Below the pieces are notes generated by a model. The model was not told where the DNA came from and did not search any database. It was given only the letters and a program-made list of their open reading frames with translations. The position numbers were made by a program, and so were the translations under genes. A stretch of 64,000 nt of DNA from Saccharofermentans sp. (GTDB taxonomy: Bacteria; Bacillota; Clostridia; Saccharofermentanales; Saccharofermentanaceae). Positions 63,923 to 64,000 of this stretch are shown piece by piece. Location of the stretch: NCBI GenBank assembly GCA_024691325.1, contig JAILNR010000012.1, positions 37,999 to 101,998 on the forward strand, written 5' to 3'. How positions within the stretch are numbered: the stretch's first letter is position 1; every line of letters starts with the position of its first letter.

Positions 63923-64000
63923 ATTGCCAAAAGCGTTTTTATCTCCAATAAGTAATTTGACTTCATCCTTGCCTACATCGAGTATTCCCGAAGCAAGTTC
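63902..64000 (-). CDS. C-terminal fragment of an unidentified protein (runs off the window)
   Basis: The open minus-strand frame ...ELASGILDVGKDEVKLLIGDKNAFGNIKEAVD ends at a TGA inside the terminator loop. It is too short to identify. Confidence 0.3.
   Translation of the reverse strand, partial: ELASGILDVGKDEVKLLIGDKNAFGNIKEAVD

Overview
The window reads as core chromosome of a low-GC Firmicute (Clostridia, Lachnospiraceae-like). This call rests on gene content, AGGAGG ribosome-binding sites and a T-box leader. About 55 protein genes lie almost entirely on the minus strand. I found no rRNA, CRISPR array, transposase, integrase or prophage signature. Gene blocks in order:
- asp23 and efp.
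- The conserved ylxM-ffh-rpsP-KH-rimM-trmD-rplS-rbgA-rnhB translation block.
- A GNAT/isochorismatase cluster.
- PPi-dependent phosphofructokinase.
- An MBOAT / DltD-like / GLUG surface-modification operon.
- nadE, argJ and a pur block (purE-purF-purN, IMP cyclohydrolase, AICAR transformylase), preceded by CapA-like and GH5 lipoproteins.
- A HEAT / ATP-grasp / HAD mini-operon.
- An amino-sugar and c-di-AMP block: nagA, a cdaA::cdaR fusion, glmS, glmM, a GlmU-C-like acetyltransferase and nagB.
- gdhA.
- lexA with a divergent, putatively SOS-controlled pair.
- miaB-mutS-mutL-miaA.
- A PBP5-like protein.
- T-box(Leu)-leuA-glf and a GT-C-like membrane protein.
- A 1196-aa sugar-sensor/GGDEF/EAL/beta-solenoid protein.
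- An MTAN-like / SPL-family radical SAM / SDR operon.
- tRNA-Leu(UAA) and initiator tRNA-Met.
- A repeat-rich disordered membrane protein.
The most notable observations:
- Several family members have lost their canonical catalytic residues: the PurF glutaminase site, all three PBP5 motifs, and two GGDEF/EAL proteins.
- CdaA is fused to a YbbR (CdaR) domain, and the fusion sits directly upstream of glmS with no room for a glmS ribozyme.
- The nucleosidase / radical-SAM / SDR cassette has no known role.
- The large c-di-GMP phosphodiesterase carries an uncharacterised C-terminal GIG-repeat domain.
- A LexA box is shared with a divergent HTH and membrane-protein pair.
All calls come from reading the translations and the DNA by eye. 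No database search was run, and start codons are best guesses.
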